A DNA stretch of 44,212 nucleotides from Methanocellales archaeon (GTDB lineage: Archaea > Halobacteriota > JAWCLZ01). The number at the start of each line of letters is the position of its first letter. Within the stretch, counting starts at the first letter, position 1. The translations under genes and the position numbers were made by a program. The stretch is from positions 1 to 44,212 of the forward strand of contig JAWCMA010000009.1 of assembly GCA_038850285.1 (NCBI GenBank), given 5' to 3'. This document shows, one piece after another, positions 17,546 through 25,828 of this stretch. Below the pieces are notes generated by a model that did no database searches, was not told where the DNA came from, and worked only from the letters and a program-made list of their open reading frames with translations.

Positions 17546-17848
17546 ATGGATGCTCTATATTTTTACAGTTATGAAGGCAAAAAGCAGGCTGAGAAATTTC
17601 TAGAACACGATTTTTTCAAGCGCATTGGATACACAATCAGAGAAGCAAAGCTCCTTGGTTCTAAGAGGCAGGGTTTTTATCTGCATTTCAATACCACTCT
17701 TGAGAATATCAAAAAAGCTGAGGAACTCTTAGCTGAACTGAAACTTGAAAAGCCTGATGCAAAAGAGGCGGAGGAGATAATTAAAGTCATCAAAGAAGAA
17801 GCTGAATCCGCGGAGGCAGGAATGGGAGCTATTTTCGGCAATCTATAA
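17546..17848 (+). CDS. Hypothetical protein with a P-stalk-like C-terminus
   Basis: 100 aa; SD AGGTGA upstream; ends EEAESAEAGMGAIFGNL. Confidence 0.8.
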   Translation: MDALYFYSYEGKKQAEKFLEHDFFKRIGYTIREAKLLGSKRQGFYLHFNTTLENIKKAEELLAELKLEKPDAKEAEEIIKVIKEEAESAEAGMGAIFGNL

Positions 17849-17870
17849 ATCTAAATCTAAATCTAAATCT
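17847..17870. repeat. Microsatellite (AAATCT)x4 filling a convergent intergenic gap
   Basis: Four exact copies between the stops at 17848 and 17869. Confidence 0.9.
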
Positions 17871-18522
17871 ATAGCTTTATAGCTATCAAAAATTTCTCCT
17901 TTCTTTTCCCCTCTAGAGTTCGAAGGTGTTTCAAGCCCATTTTTTCCAGCTCTTTTATAACTGGGGTTAAATTCTCTTCAAATTTGACCACTTGAAGTAC
18001 GCGTCCATTTTTCCCAAGTAATGGGAGAGCTAAGCTAAGTGCTTTCAGCGAGCTCCTCCAGTCCAGTGTTAGATCATTCAATATTAAGCTCAATTCTTCT
18101 AAAATAAATGCCTTCAAATCCACTTTAAATATATCTTGAAAAATTACCCGTACATTTTTCCTCTCTCTTTCAATTGCCTTCAATTCCTCATAGAATTCCT
18201 CGCTGTATTCAATTCCGTAGACTTTTGAGGCATTTTCAGAGGCATAGAGTAGAAATCCACCTGCACTTGAGCCTATGTCTAAGACGATATCGCTTTTTTT
18301 AATCAACCCTGTTTTAGCTTGAATATCCCTGAGTTTGAAGTACCCCGCGGTTTTCTCCACTAGCTCGCGCTGCAATGTAACATTATCTCCATATTTAACA
18401 TCATACGCTGGCTTTTTAACCACCCTATCATTAACCTTAACCAAGCCAAGCGCTATCGCTCTTTTAGCTCGAGTCCTAGATTTAATGCCTAGAACGCTAG
18501 TCAGAAATTCATCCAGCCTCAT
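17869..18522 (-). CDS. S4-domain FtsJ/TlyA-like RNA methyltransferase
   Basis: S4 'MRLDEFL...SRTRAKRAI..G.VKVN...KKPAY'; SAM motif VLDIGSSAGGF; ATG 18522 preferred. Confidence 0.88.
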   Translation of the reverse strand: MRLDEFLTSVLGIKSRTRAKRAIALGLVKVNDRVVKKPAYDVKYGDNVTLQRELVEKTAGYFKLRDIQAKTGLIKKSDIVLDIGSSAGGFLLYASENASKVYGIEYSEEFYEELKAIERERKNVRVIFQDIFKVDLKAFILEELSLILNDLTLDWRSSLKALSLALPLLGKNGRVLQVVKFEENLTPVIKELEKMGLKHLRTLEGKRKEKFLIAIKL

Positions 18523-18574
18523 GCAATATACTAATAAACTTCTATGTACTATATCAAGCATTAGTGCATATGAT

Positions 18575-19078
18575 ATGTGGAGAGAAATTCTAGCTAGATT
18601 TAAAAGTTATCCCGCGCAGGCAAAGGTTTTGCGCTTGCTTCTTGAAAGTGGATTTCAGGTAAGCGAAAAAGGTAGGGTCGTCTCAGGTGGAATTGAGATC
18701 CCACATACTAAAATTGCTCGAGAAATCAGTGTGGATAGAAGAGTGGTTGATGCAACTGTGGAAGCTATTTTAAAGGATGAAAATCTGAAAAAACTCTTTC
18801 AAAATCTTAAATCAATACCATTTCTTCGCGATGCAGCGCCTTGGCTTAATCTAGGGGTTATAATAATTACACCTAGAAATGCAGCTAAACCTGGAATAGT
18901 TGCAGAGGTAACAGCTGTACTAGCCAAAAATGGAATAAGCATTAGACAGGTTGTCACCGATGATCCCTATCTCACCGAAGACCCTAAGTTAACCATCATA
19001 ACAGATAGAAAAGTGCCTGGAGAAGTGATGGATGAATTAACACATTGTTCAACAGTGAAAAGTATCACTTTATTCTAG
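18575..19078 (+). CDS. ACT-domain putative regulator of amino acid metabolism (COG2150-like)
   Basis: MWREILARF..YPAQAKV, VDRRVV, PGIVAEVT...GISIRQ...DDP; ATG 18575 preferred to the overlapping track start 18335. Confidence 0.85.
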   Translation: MWREILARFKSYPAQAKVLRLLLESGFQVSEKGRVVSGGIEIPHTKIAREISVDRRVVDATVEAILKDENLKKLFQNLKSIPFLRDAAPWLNLGVIIITPRNAAKPGIVAEVTAVLAKNGISIRQVVTDDPYLTEDPKLTIITDRKVPGEVMDELTHCSTVKSITLF

Positions 19079-19093
19079 CACAGGAGGAGAAAA

Positions 19094-20128
19094 ATGAAAA
19101 AAGCAGCCATAATAAAAGGCGATGGCGTGGGACCAGAGCTTGTAGCTGCTATGCTCAAAGTACTTAAGGTTACCGAGCCAGAAGTTGAATTCATACCCTG
19201 CAGCGCAGGAGCGGAGTGGTGGGAAAAACATGGTGGAGATTCCCTAATACCAGAGGAGACCTGGGAGATATTGAAGCAAACTGATGCTTGCTTTAAAGGC
19301 CCAACCACCACTCCCGGCGGAATAGGAACGCCTAAGAGTGTCGCGGTTTCAATAAGGCAGAGGTTCAATCTCTATGCAAATATTCGCCCGATTAAAACCA
19401 TTCCTAATGCCCCTTCTCCCCTAGGCGATGTTGACTTCGTATGCATACGAGAAGCCACTGAAGGGCTATACTTTGGAGCTGAATTTAAACTATCAGATGA
19501 TGTTTATATTGCTATTCGCAAAATTACCAGAACCGCGAGTGAAAAAATCGCTAGATTTGCATTTGAAGAAGCTAGGAGGAGGAACTGGAAAACAGTCGTG
19601 GCGATACATAAGAGCAATATATTGAAGCAAACCTGCGGAGTCTTCTTGGAATCTGTCCATAAAGTGGGAAAAGAATATGGAGATATAGAAATCTGGGAAT
19701 ATCACATTGATAACATGGCTCAGCAGTTAATTAAAAACCCTCAGATCTTCAATCAGAAAATCCTGCTTTCCACCAATCTCTTCATGGACATCATCAGCGA
19801 GGAATGCTCAGCACTCGTGGGAAGCATAGGCTTAATTTATTCCGCGAATATAGGCGATACCTATGCCATGTTTGAACCAGCACATGGCTCAGCACCTAAA
19901 TATCGCGGCTTGGATAAAGTGAATCCAACTGCAACCATATTAGCTGGAGCTTGGATGCTGGATTACCTAGGCGAAGAAGCAAAGGCAAGGTCAATCTTTA
20001 AGGCTACTGAGCGCGTGATCTCAGAGGGCAGATATGTAACTTACGATCTAGGTGGAAATGCAAAGCTAAGTGAAATGGCAGATCAAATTGCAAAATATAC
20101 AAAAGAAGAACTTAAAAAAGAGGAATAG
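19094..20128 (+). CDS. Isocitrate/isopropylmalate dehydrogenase family protein (IDH-like, NADP-type motif)
   Basis: GDGVGPE, KGPTTTPG, LYANIRP, REATEGLY, HKSNI, FEPAHGSAPKY; SD AGGAGG. Confidence 0.88.
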   Translation: MKKAAIIKGDGVGPELVAAMLKVLKVTEPEVEFIPCSAGAEWWEKHGGDSLIPEETWEILKQTDACFKGPTTTPGGIGTPKSVAVSIRQRFNLYANIRPIKTIPNAPSPLGDVDFVCIREATEGLYFGAEFKLSDDVYIAIRKITRTASEKIARFAFEEARRRNWKTVVAIHKSNILKQTCGVFLESVHKVGKEYGDIEIWEYHIDNMAQQLIKNPQIFNQKILLSTNLFMDIISEECSALVGSIGLIYSANIGDTYAMFEPAHGSAPKYRGLDKVNPTATILAGAWMLDYLGEEAKARSIFKATERVISEGRYVTYDLGGNAKLSEMADQIAKYTKEELKKEE

Positions 20129-20129
20129 C

Positions 20130-21527
20130 ATGGCGAAGCTAATCTTCGCAAATTCAATTGAAGCTGGAGTTTCACTTTTAAACCACGAGTTATTAAATAA
20201 GGGAATAGAGAGACCCTCTCCTCGTGGAAAGGTAGTTTTCCTCCCCGAAGTTCTCTTAATAGTGGAAAAACCCGAGGTTATAGTTCCCGAGAAATACTCC
20301 AATCCCCTGCTCGTGGAGAAGCCCAATGAGAAGTGGTTAATTGAAAATGAAGATGGCACTTTTGAGACCTATCATCAAAGAATTACTAAACCAATAGACC
20401 AGTTAAAAGCGGGAATAGAATTGATCAAGCAAGTGCCTTATTCCAGGCGCTTCTCCATAGCAGTTGCTCGCCCGTGGGATATAGTTGCGAGAACCCCTCC
20501 ATCGCTGCTAGAAATCTATGTGCAAGTCACCCCTTCTAATTTGAAAAATCAAGTTCATTTAACCGGAGTATTTCGAAGCCTAGATACCTATAACTTCCTA
20601 GATTTGAACATGCTCGGCTTGACTGAAATTCTAGATTTAATCTGCGAGCAAACTGGTTATGCAAAGGGCACTTTAGGGCTATTCATAGTTAATGCACATT
20701 ATTACAAGCGAGATGAATCAAGGGTTAAGCAGCTTAAGCCAGCGATTCCAGCGAAGCCAAATAAACACGCCTTTTTGATCGAGTCAGAGAATATACCATT
20801 TGGCTGGAGGCAAACTCTAGAATATGTCTTCTACGAAGGCTTTGAAGATCGCACTCAATGGGGAGAAGTTTTCGAGAAACAAGCACGCGCTAGATTTGGC
20901 CACCGCGTTTTAGTGGATATTTCAAATCCCCTTGAAAATATGCTCGATGATAAAGCGCCATTCACAGCTAGATATGGCGAGGAATATGCAATGCGCTATA
21001 TCCTAGGCGTGCCAAATGTGGAGAGAGAAGCAGGGGAAAAGGACATCATCCTAGAGCAGGGAGAAGTATATTCCTATGCTTCAAGAGCGAGATACGATCG
21101 CAATGATGTGATAAATTTTAAAAGAGTCCCCATCGATCAGCTATTTCACGCGATTCAAAAGTTGAAGCAGAATAAATACACTAGACAGGCCTTCGTGGTT
21201 ATATCCAGACCCTGGGACGTATTTCTCAAAGACCCAGCTTGCTTGCGGTGCTATTGTTTCTATGCCTATGATGAAAAAACCCTGGGTTTATCGCTTTTCA
21301 TGCGCTCCAACGATGCATTTGGCGCGACCCACGCGAATCAATATGGCTTCGCGCGCTTAGCGGAGTTTGCAGCTATGAATAGCGGTTTTGAAAAAGTGCG
21401 CTTCACATTGCTCAGTGCCAATATGCATATCTATGGGGATAGCTGGAAAGCAGTTAAGGATCTCCTTCGCCCTGAAATGCCCACAGCTGCTGAAATACTG
21501 GGATTGAGGAAAAAAGAAAAAAGATAG
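20130..21527 (+). CDS. Tandem (two-domain) archaeal thymidylate synthase-fold protein
   Basis: Two copies of the motif series Y..R / DQL / (S,T)R(R,Q) / PWD / P.(S,C)L / RS.D / N / H.Y; ATG 20130 after GAGGA. Confidence 0.85.
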   Translation: MAKLIFANSIEAGVSLLNHELLNKGIERPSPRGKVVFLPEVLLIVEKPEVIVPEKYSNPLLVEKPNEKWLIENEDGTFETYHQRITKPIDQLKAGIELIKQVPYSRRFSIAVARPWDIVARTPPSLLEIYVQVTPSNLKNQVHLTGVFRSLDTYNFLDLNMLGLTEILDLICEQTGYAKGTLGLFIVNAHYYKRDESRVKQLKPAIPAKPNKHAFLIESENIPFGWRQTLEYVFYEGFEDRTQWGEVFEKQARARFGHRVLVDISNPLENMLDDKAPFTARYGEEYAMRYILGVPNVEREAGEKDIILEQGEVYSYASRARYDRNDVINFKRVPIDQLFHAIQKLKQNKYTRQAFVVISRPWDVFLKDPACLRCYCFYAYDEKTLGLSLFMRSNDAFGATHANQYGFARLAEFAAMNSGFEKVRFTLLSANMHIYGDSWKAVKDLLRPEMPTAAEILGLRKKEKR

Positions 21528-21570
21528 ATAGAAATAAAGATAAAGATAAAAATAAAAATAAAGATAAAAT
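21522..21570. repeat. Degenerate A-rich hexamer repeat (AA[A/G]ATA-like)
   Basis: agatagatagaaataaagataaagataaaaataaaaataaagataaaat after the TS-like stop. Confidence 0.7.
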
Positions 21571-21577
21571 TTAAAAT

Positions 21578-21856
21578 ATGCTTGCTAGAGCTCATGTTTT
21601 CATCTCAGGCAGAGTGCAAGGGGTGTTCTTCAGATCCGCTACTCAAGAGGTCGCAAAAAATTTAGGCTTAACTGGCTGGGTGAGAAATCTCTCAGATGGT
21701 AGAGTGGAAGCAGTTTTCGAAGGGGAAAAGGAAAAAATCAATCGCGCTATAGAATTCTGCCGAAAAGGCCCTAGGGGAGCAAGGGTTACAAATCTCGAGG
21801 TGAAGTGGGAGGAGTATAAAGGAGAATATAAGGACTTTAAAATTCGATATTTTTAG
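21578..21856 (+). CDS. acyP: Acylphosphatase
   Basis: SGRVQGVFFR, GWVRNLSDGRVE, GP..ARV. Confidence 0.96.
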   Translation: MLARAHVFISGRVQGVFFRSATQEVAKNLGLTGWVRNLSDGRVEAVFEGEKEKINRAIEFCRKGPRGARVTNLEVKWEEYKGEYKDFKIRYF

Positions 21857-21858
21857 AG

Positions 21859-22848
21859 GTGCCAAGCTTGACAAAAATCAAGCTCCGCGGGATCTACGCC
21901 ACTGCTTTAACTAGACTTTTTCTAGACCGGGGATTGAATGTAGTGCAGCCCTCAATAGCGGTCTCCAAGCGATTTAACCTAGAATTCAAACCACTCCCTG
22001 GTGAAGTGCTAATTAAGGAGAGAGGAGATAAACAGGGCATAGTTATAACTGGCAAGGCAGAGGGGATTGAGCCAGTTATTGAGATTTTAAGGGGTCTGCC
22101 GGATAGTGTTATTCGAGAAGAAGATGCTCTAGAATGGCTCCCGAGGGATCAAAAGTGGGTTCAGATTTTCCCCGGCTATATCTGCTATGAAGTTGAATTT
22201 CCAGCCCTCTCTAAATCAGAGCTGGATAAAGTCAGGGATAAAGTAACACCCACAGTTTCCGGGCACCATAAGTTCAGGATATTTGCTTCGAAGCTTGTGG
22301 ATGAAGCTGAGCGCGAGCTTCGACTCTATCCTGAGAGGAGAGGGGAGATTGAATTGAAGCTCTGGAGATATTTATACGACCCGCTTCAGAAAAATGCCAC
22401 CTTGGGGATTGAGCACGCTAAGTTGAATGGCAAAGTGCTTCAACTAGGAGAAGGCACGATTATTGATTTTTCTCCCGAAGCCAAAGTGCTTCGAATTTTA
22501 AGGAGAATGAAAGGAAGTGGAAGCTACGATGGATTAAGTGCTGCTAAAGCAGAGGGGGACTTTGCTATTTCCACTTTCATAGAGGGAAGTTGGTATGGGC
22601 ACCATGCTTATTATTCCAGTTCAAAGGAGCTGAAGGGCGAGTATTATAATATCAATACCCCTGTGGAGTTCTACCCTAATAGGATTAGATATTTAGATCT
22701 CGAAGTGGATGTAATCGTGGATAAAGGGGAAGTTAGAACTATAGATAAAAATAAACTGGAGAAGGCTGTGGAGCAGGGGTATATTAATTTTAATCTCGCT
22801 GAAAAAGCTCTTGAGGTCGCGAGGGAAATTGAAAGAAGAATTCGCTGA
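21859..22848 (+). CDS. FAU-1-like RNA-binding protein/ribonuclease with DUF402 domain (short form)
   Basis: RGIYATALT, VVQPS, GHH, YYNINTPVE, RYLDLEVDV; alternative TTG start at 21868 after GAGGTG. Confidence 0.85.
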   Translation: MPSLTKIKLRGIYATALTRLFLDRGLNVVQPSIAVSKRFNLEFKPLPGEVLIKERGDKQGIVITGKAEGIEPVIEILRGLPDSVIREEDALEWLPRDQKWVQIFPGYICYEVEFPALSKSELDKVRDKVTPTVSGHHKFRIFASKLVDEAERELRLYPERRGEIELKLWRYLYDPLQKNATLGIEHAKLNGKVLQLGEGTIIDFSPEAKVLRILRRMKGSGSYDGLSAAKAEGDFAISTFIEGSWYGHHAYYSSSKELKGEYYNINTPVEFYPNRIRYLDLEVDVIVDKGEVRTIDKNKLEKAVEQGYINFNLAEKALEVAREIERRIR

Positions 22849-22849
22849 T

Positions 22850-22902
22850 GTTATTTTATTTTATTGATTTGATTGATTATATTTGATATTATATTATTTA
22901 TA
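22850..22902. repeat. Degenerate T-rich low-complexity repeat between convergent genes (terminator-like)
   Basis: ttattttattttattgatttgattgattatatttgatattatattattta. Confidence 0.6.
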
Positions 22903-24195
22903 TTATTTATTGTTTTCAGGTAAATTGTTTTCAGGTAAAATGTCTATCTCCCGCTGAATCAGTGTTTCCAACATGAAATATTTAGCAACATATGCCTTGA
23001 TTTCTTCATCTGAAATGCAAGAAACACGCTGCTCCTCATCATATAGCCTTTGAATCTCTTTATGGATCTCCTTAATTCGCGGATCGTTTTTATCCACCTT
23101 TATTTTAACTCCCATTAATTCCTCTAGAGCTTCCTCCACTTTTAATCTAACCACTTCAGTTCCTGAGGAATCACCGATCAAGAGTCTTCTAGTGGCACCT
23201 ACTAATTCAGGTGGAAATGGCTCGTAGGTGAAGGGATATTTAATCACACCAGCGGTATGAATACCGCTTTCATGGGCAAATATATTTCTCCCCACCACTG
23301 ATTTATTTCTAGGCACGCGATAGCCAACCTCAGCTTCCATGAACTCTGCGAATTTAACTAAGCAGCTTAAGTTGTATTTCTGAAAGCCCTCCACGCGAGT
23401 GCAGAGGAAGATCAAGACTTTTTCAAGCTCGGCATTCCCAGCTCTCTCTCCTATTCCAAGGAAAGTCAAATTTGACCAGTCAGCACCATACCAGAAACCA
23501 GCTAGGGAATTTGCAACGCTCAAGCCAAAGTCATCGTGCACGTGGGTTTCAACTTCCTTCACTCCCTCTTCTTTCAAGCGCTTTACGACCTTGGGGATTC
23601 CAAATGGAAGATCTGCCTCTGGAAATGGAATTCCAAAGTTCAAAGTATCGCAAATGCGAATAATTGCATCTGGAGCAATTTTTAATATCTCTCTCACAAG
23701 GGGAAGGGTAAAGCCTTCTATATCTGACCTAGTTACATCTTCTAGGTGGCATCTTACCTTTAAGCCGTGGTCTACAGCATATTGAATTGCATCGAGATAG
23801 CGCTTTTTAGCTTCCTCTCTTTTGATTCCAAGTTTGTGAATAATGTGGATATCTGAGGTGGAGACCAATATCCCAGTTTCCCTTATCCCGTCCATTGCGA
23901 GAACAAGGTCTATGTCTTTGGGATTTGCCCTTGCCCATCCAGTAACCTCAGGTTTTTTATAGCCTTGATTGAGCATTTCTCTAGCAACGATTCTATCCCT
24001 CTCGTTATATAGGAAGACCTCGGTTTTCTCTATGCCTATTTGATGCAGGAATTCATAGATCTGCAGCTTATGGGTTTTTTTCATCACCACGCCTGGCATT
24101 TGAGCGCCATCTCTCATGGTGCTATCGCTGAGCTTGGGATCGCTAACTCCATAGGGCAGTTTTATCTTAGGGAGTTCCTCAAACTTCGTGAACAT
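22903..24195 (-). CDS. DRE-TIM metallolyase (LeuA/homocitrate synthase superfamily), Re-citrate-synthase-like
   Basis: DSTMRDGAQ, HVHDDFG, GERAGNA, FAHESGIH; EVTGWARA, HLEDVTR and IRICDT..FG.PFP...LP resemble Re-citrate synthases; no LeuA regulatory domain. Confidence 0.8.
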   Translation of the reverse strand: MFTKFEELPKIKLPYGVSDPKLSDSTMRDGAQMPGVVMKKTHKLQIYEFLHQIGIEKTEVFLYNERDRIVAREMLNQGYKKPEVTGWARANPKDIDLVLAMDGIRETGILVSTSDIHIIHKLGIKREEAKKRYLDAIQYAVDHGLKVRCHLEDVTRSDIEGFTLPLVREILKIAPDAIIRICDTLNFGIPFPEADLPFGIPKVVKRLKEEGVKEVETHVHDDFGLSVANSLAGFWYGADWSNLTFLGIGERAGNAELEKVLIFLCTRVEGFQKYNLSCLVKFAEFMEAEVGYRVPRNKSVVGRNIFAHESGIHTAGVIKYPFTYEPFPPELVGATRRLLIGDSSGTEVVRLKVEEALEELMGVKIKVDKNDPRIKEIHKEIQRLYDEEQRVSCISDEEIKAYVAKYFMLETLIQREIDILPENNLPENNK

Positions 24196-24269
24196 TTTCT
24201 ACCCCAAATTTTTATAATGCAATAGTAAGAAGAAGTATAAGTGCTTTTTCTATTTCTATATTACATATC

Positions 24270-25208
24270 CTAGCTTATTAGTTTCTCAACTAACCAAGCG
24301 GCATCGAATTTTTGCAGATCTTCGTATCTCTGTCCAATGCCTAAAAATAGAATTGGCTTTTTAGTTATGTAGGCAATTGACACTGCTGCGCCTCCTTTTG
24401 CATCTGCATCTGCCTTGGTTAAAATTGCACCGCTGAAGCCAATGCTATTGTTAAACATCTTGGCTCTTTCCACAGCGTCATTTCCCGCGATTGCCTCATC
24501 AACGAAGATCACTAGATCTGGATTTGTCACTCGGCAGATTTTTTTAAGTTGATCCATGAGGTTTATATTCACGTGCATCCGCCCAGCGGTATCCGCGAGT
24601 ACAACATCTTTGCCTGCTGCCTTTGCATGTTGAATTGCATCATATATCACTGCCGCGGGATCGCCCCCTGGAGGGTGTTTTATCACTTTCACTCCAATGT
24701 TACTCGCGTGTTTCTCCAGCTGCTCGATTGCACCTGTGCGATAGGTATCTGCAGCTGCAATCACCACTCGATACCCCAGCTGCTTTAGAGCATATGCCAC
24801 CTTTGCAATGGTAGTGGTTTTCCCAGTGCCATTCACACCCACGAACACGATATTCACAGGTTTTTTAGCATTTTTTATATATTCATAGAAATCAAAGCCA
24901 TTGACATTGAGTACATCAAGCAGTGCTTTTCTCAAGGCTTCTTGAGCGAGCTCTGAGACATCCGATAAAAGTCTCCGCCTCTTACCTGCTAGCTCTTTCC
25001 TCACCGAGCTCGCGATTTCTTCAGCCACAGCTAGTGCAACATCGCTCTCCAAAAGCGCTAGCTCTAATTCATAAAGAGGCTCCTCTAGGTTTTTCTCCTC
25101 TATTATGATTTCTTGCTCAAGCAAAAGTGCCTTTGTTTTTTCAATTGAAATTTTTTCACCTAAGTTTTTCTTAAAACTGCTTAGCTTTTGCTTGAGTGAA
25201 TCAAACAT
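24270..25208 (-). CDS. ftsY: Signal recognition particle receptor FtsY
   Basis: GVNGTGKTTT, DTYRTGA, DTAGR, TKADADAKGG, GIGQRYEDL. Confidence 0.97.
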   Translation of the reverse strand: MFDSLKQKLSSFKKNLGEKISIEKTKALLLEQEIIIEEKNLEEPLYELELALLESDVALAVAEEIASSVRKELAGKRRRLLSDVSELAQEALRKALLDVLNVNGFDFYEYIKNAKKPVNIVFVGVNGTGKTTTIAKVAYALKQLGYRVVIAAADTYRTGAIEQLEKHASNIGVKVIKHPPGGDPAAVIYDAIQHAKAAGKDVVLADTAGRMHVNINLMDQLKKICRVTNPDLVIFVDEAIAGNDAVERAKMFNNSIGFSGAILTKADADAKGGAAVSIAYITKKPILFLGIGQRYEDLQKFDAAWLVEKLIS

Positions 25209-25210
25209 TT

Positions 25211-25636
25211 CTATTCCCTGCGGTATTTCTGTGCTTCTTGTTGGAGCTTTTGAATTTCCGCAGTTACTGCGCTTAGATTACCAAGGATCTGCTCATATCC
25301 CCGGCGAAGCTCTTCTCTTCGCTTCTCTAAAATTTTCTTGGTCTCTTCTATGTTTTTCTCAATGCTTATTCCAGCGCCAATATTTATTATTATCTTATCC
25401 AATCGCGCGATGTTGGCGTAGACATGAGCACCCGCTCCTATGGGTACTAATACCTCTTGCCCTGCTTTAACTCCATTAATCGAATCTAGAGTTTGAATGG
25501 TATTTTCAATTTCATTCAAGCTGAGCTCTATCAAACTGGCTTGCTGCTGAAGGCTCTCGCTTTCAGCTTGAAATAGCTGGAGCTTGTAGATCAATTCTCT
25601 AATTTCCTCATCTTGAGCCTTCGCTTTTTTTTCCAT
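25211..25636 (-). CDS. pfdA: Prefoldin alpha subunit
   Basis: Coiled coils flanking LVPIGAG and INIGAG hairpins; conserved synteny. Confidence 0.95.
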   Translation of the reverse strand: MEKKAKAQDEEIRELIYKLQLFQAESESLQQQASLIELSLNEIENTIQTLDSINGVKAGQEVLVPIGAGAHVYANIARLDKIIINIGAGISIEKNIEETKKILEKRREELRRGYEQILGNLSAVTAEIQKLQQEAQKYRRE

Positions 25637-25639
25637 TTT

Positions 25640-25816
25640 CTATACCTCTTTAATTGCATTTATTTTAATTTGATTTCTTTTCAATCCATGCTCGCTTCCA
25701 ATCAGTGAATATATTCTTTCCCGAGCATTTTTCTCATTATTACTTTGAATTGATTTTTTAAAATGCTGCCACTTTGTACCAATTTTAAAATCCCCCTCAA
25801 TAATATAAGTCTTCAT
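25640..25816 (-). CDS. rpl18a: 50S ribosomal protein L18Ae/LX (not in the ORF track)
   Basis: Hand translation MKTYIIEGDFKIGTKWQHFKKSIQSNNEKNARERIYSLIGSEHGLKRNQIKINAIKEV; canonical slot between aIF6 and pfdA. Confidence 0.93.
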   Translation of the reverse strand: MKTYIIEGDFKIGTKWQHFKKSIQSNNEKNARERIYSLIGSEHGLKRNQIKINAIKEV

Positions 25817-25828
25817 AGGGAAATCCTC

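Noticed and set aside
18335-18574. Long N-terminal extensions of the ACT protein and the S4 methyltransferase
   Set aside because: They would overlap head-to-head; family-typical starts at 18575 and 18522 leave a normal divergent promoter
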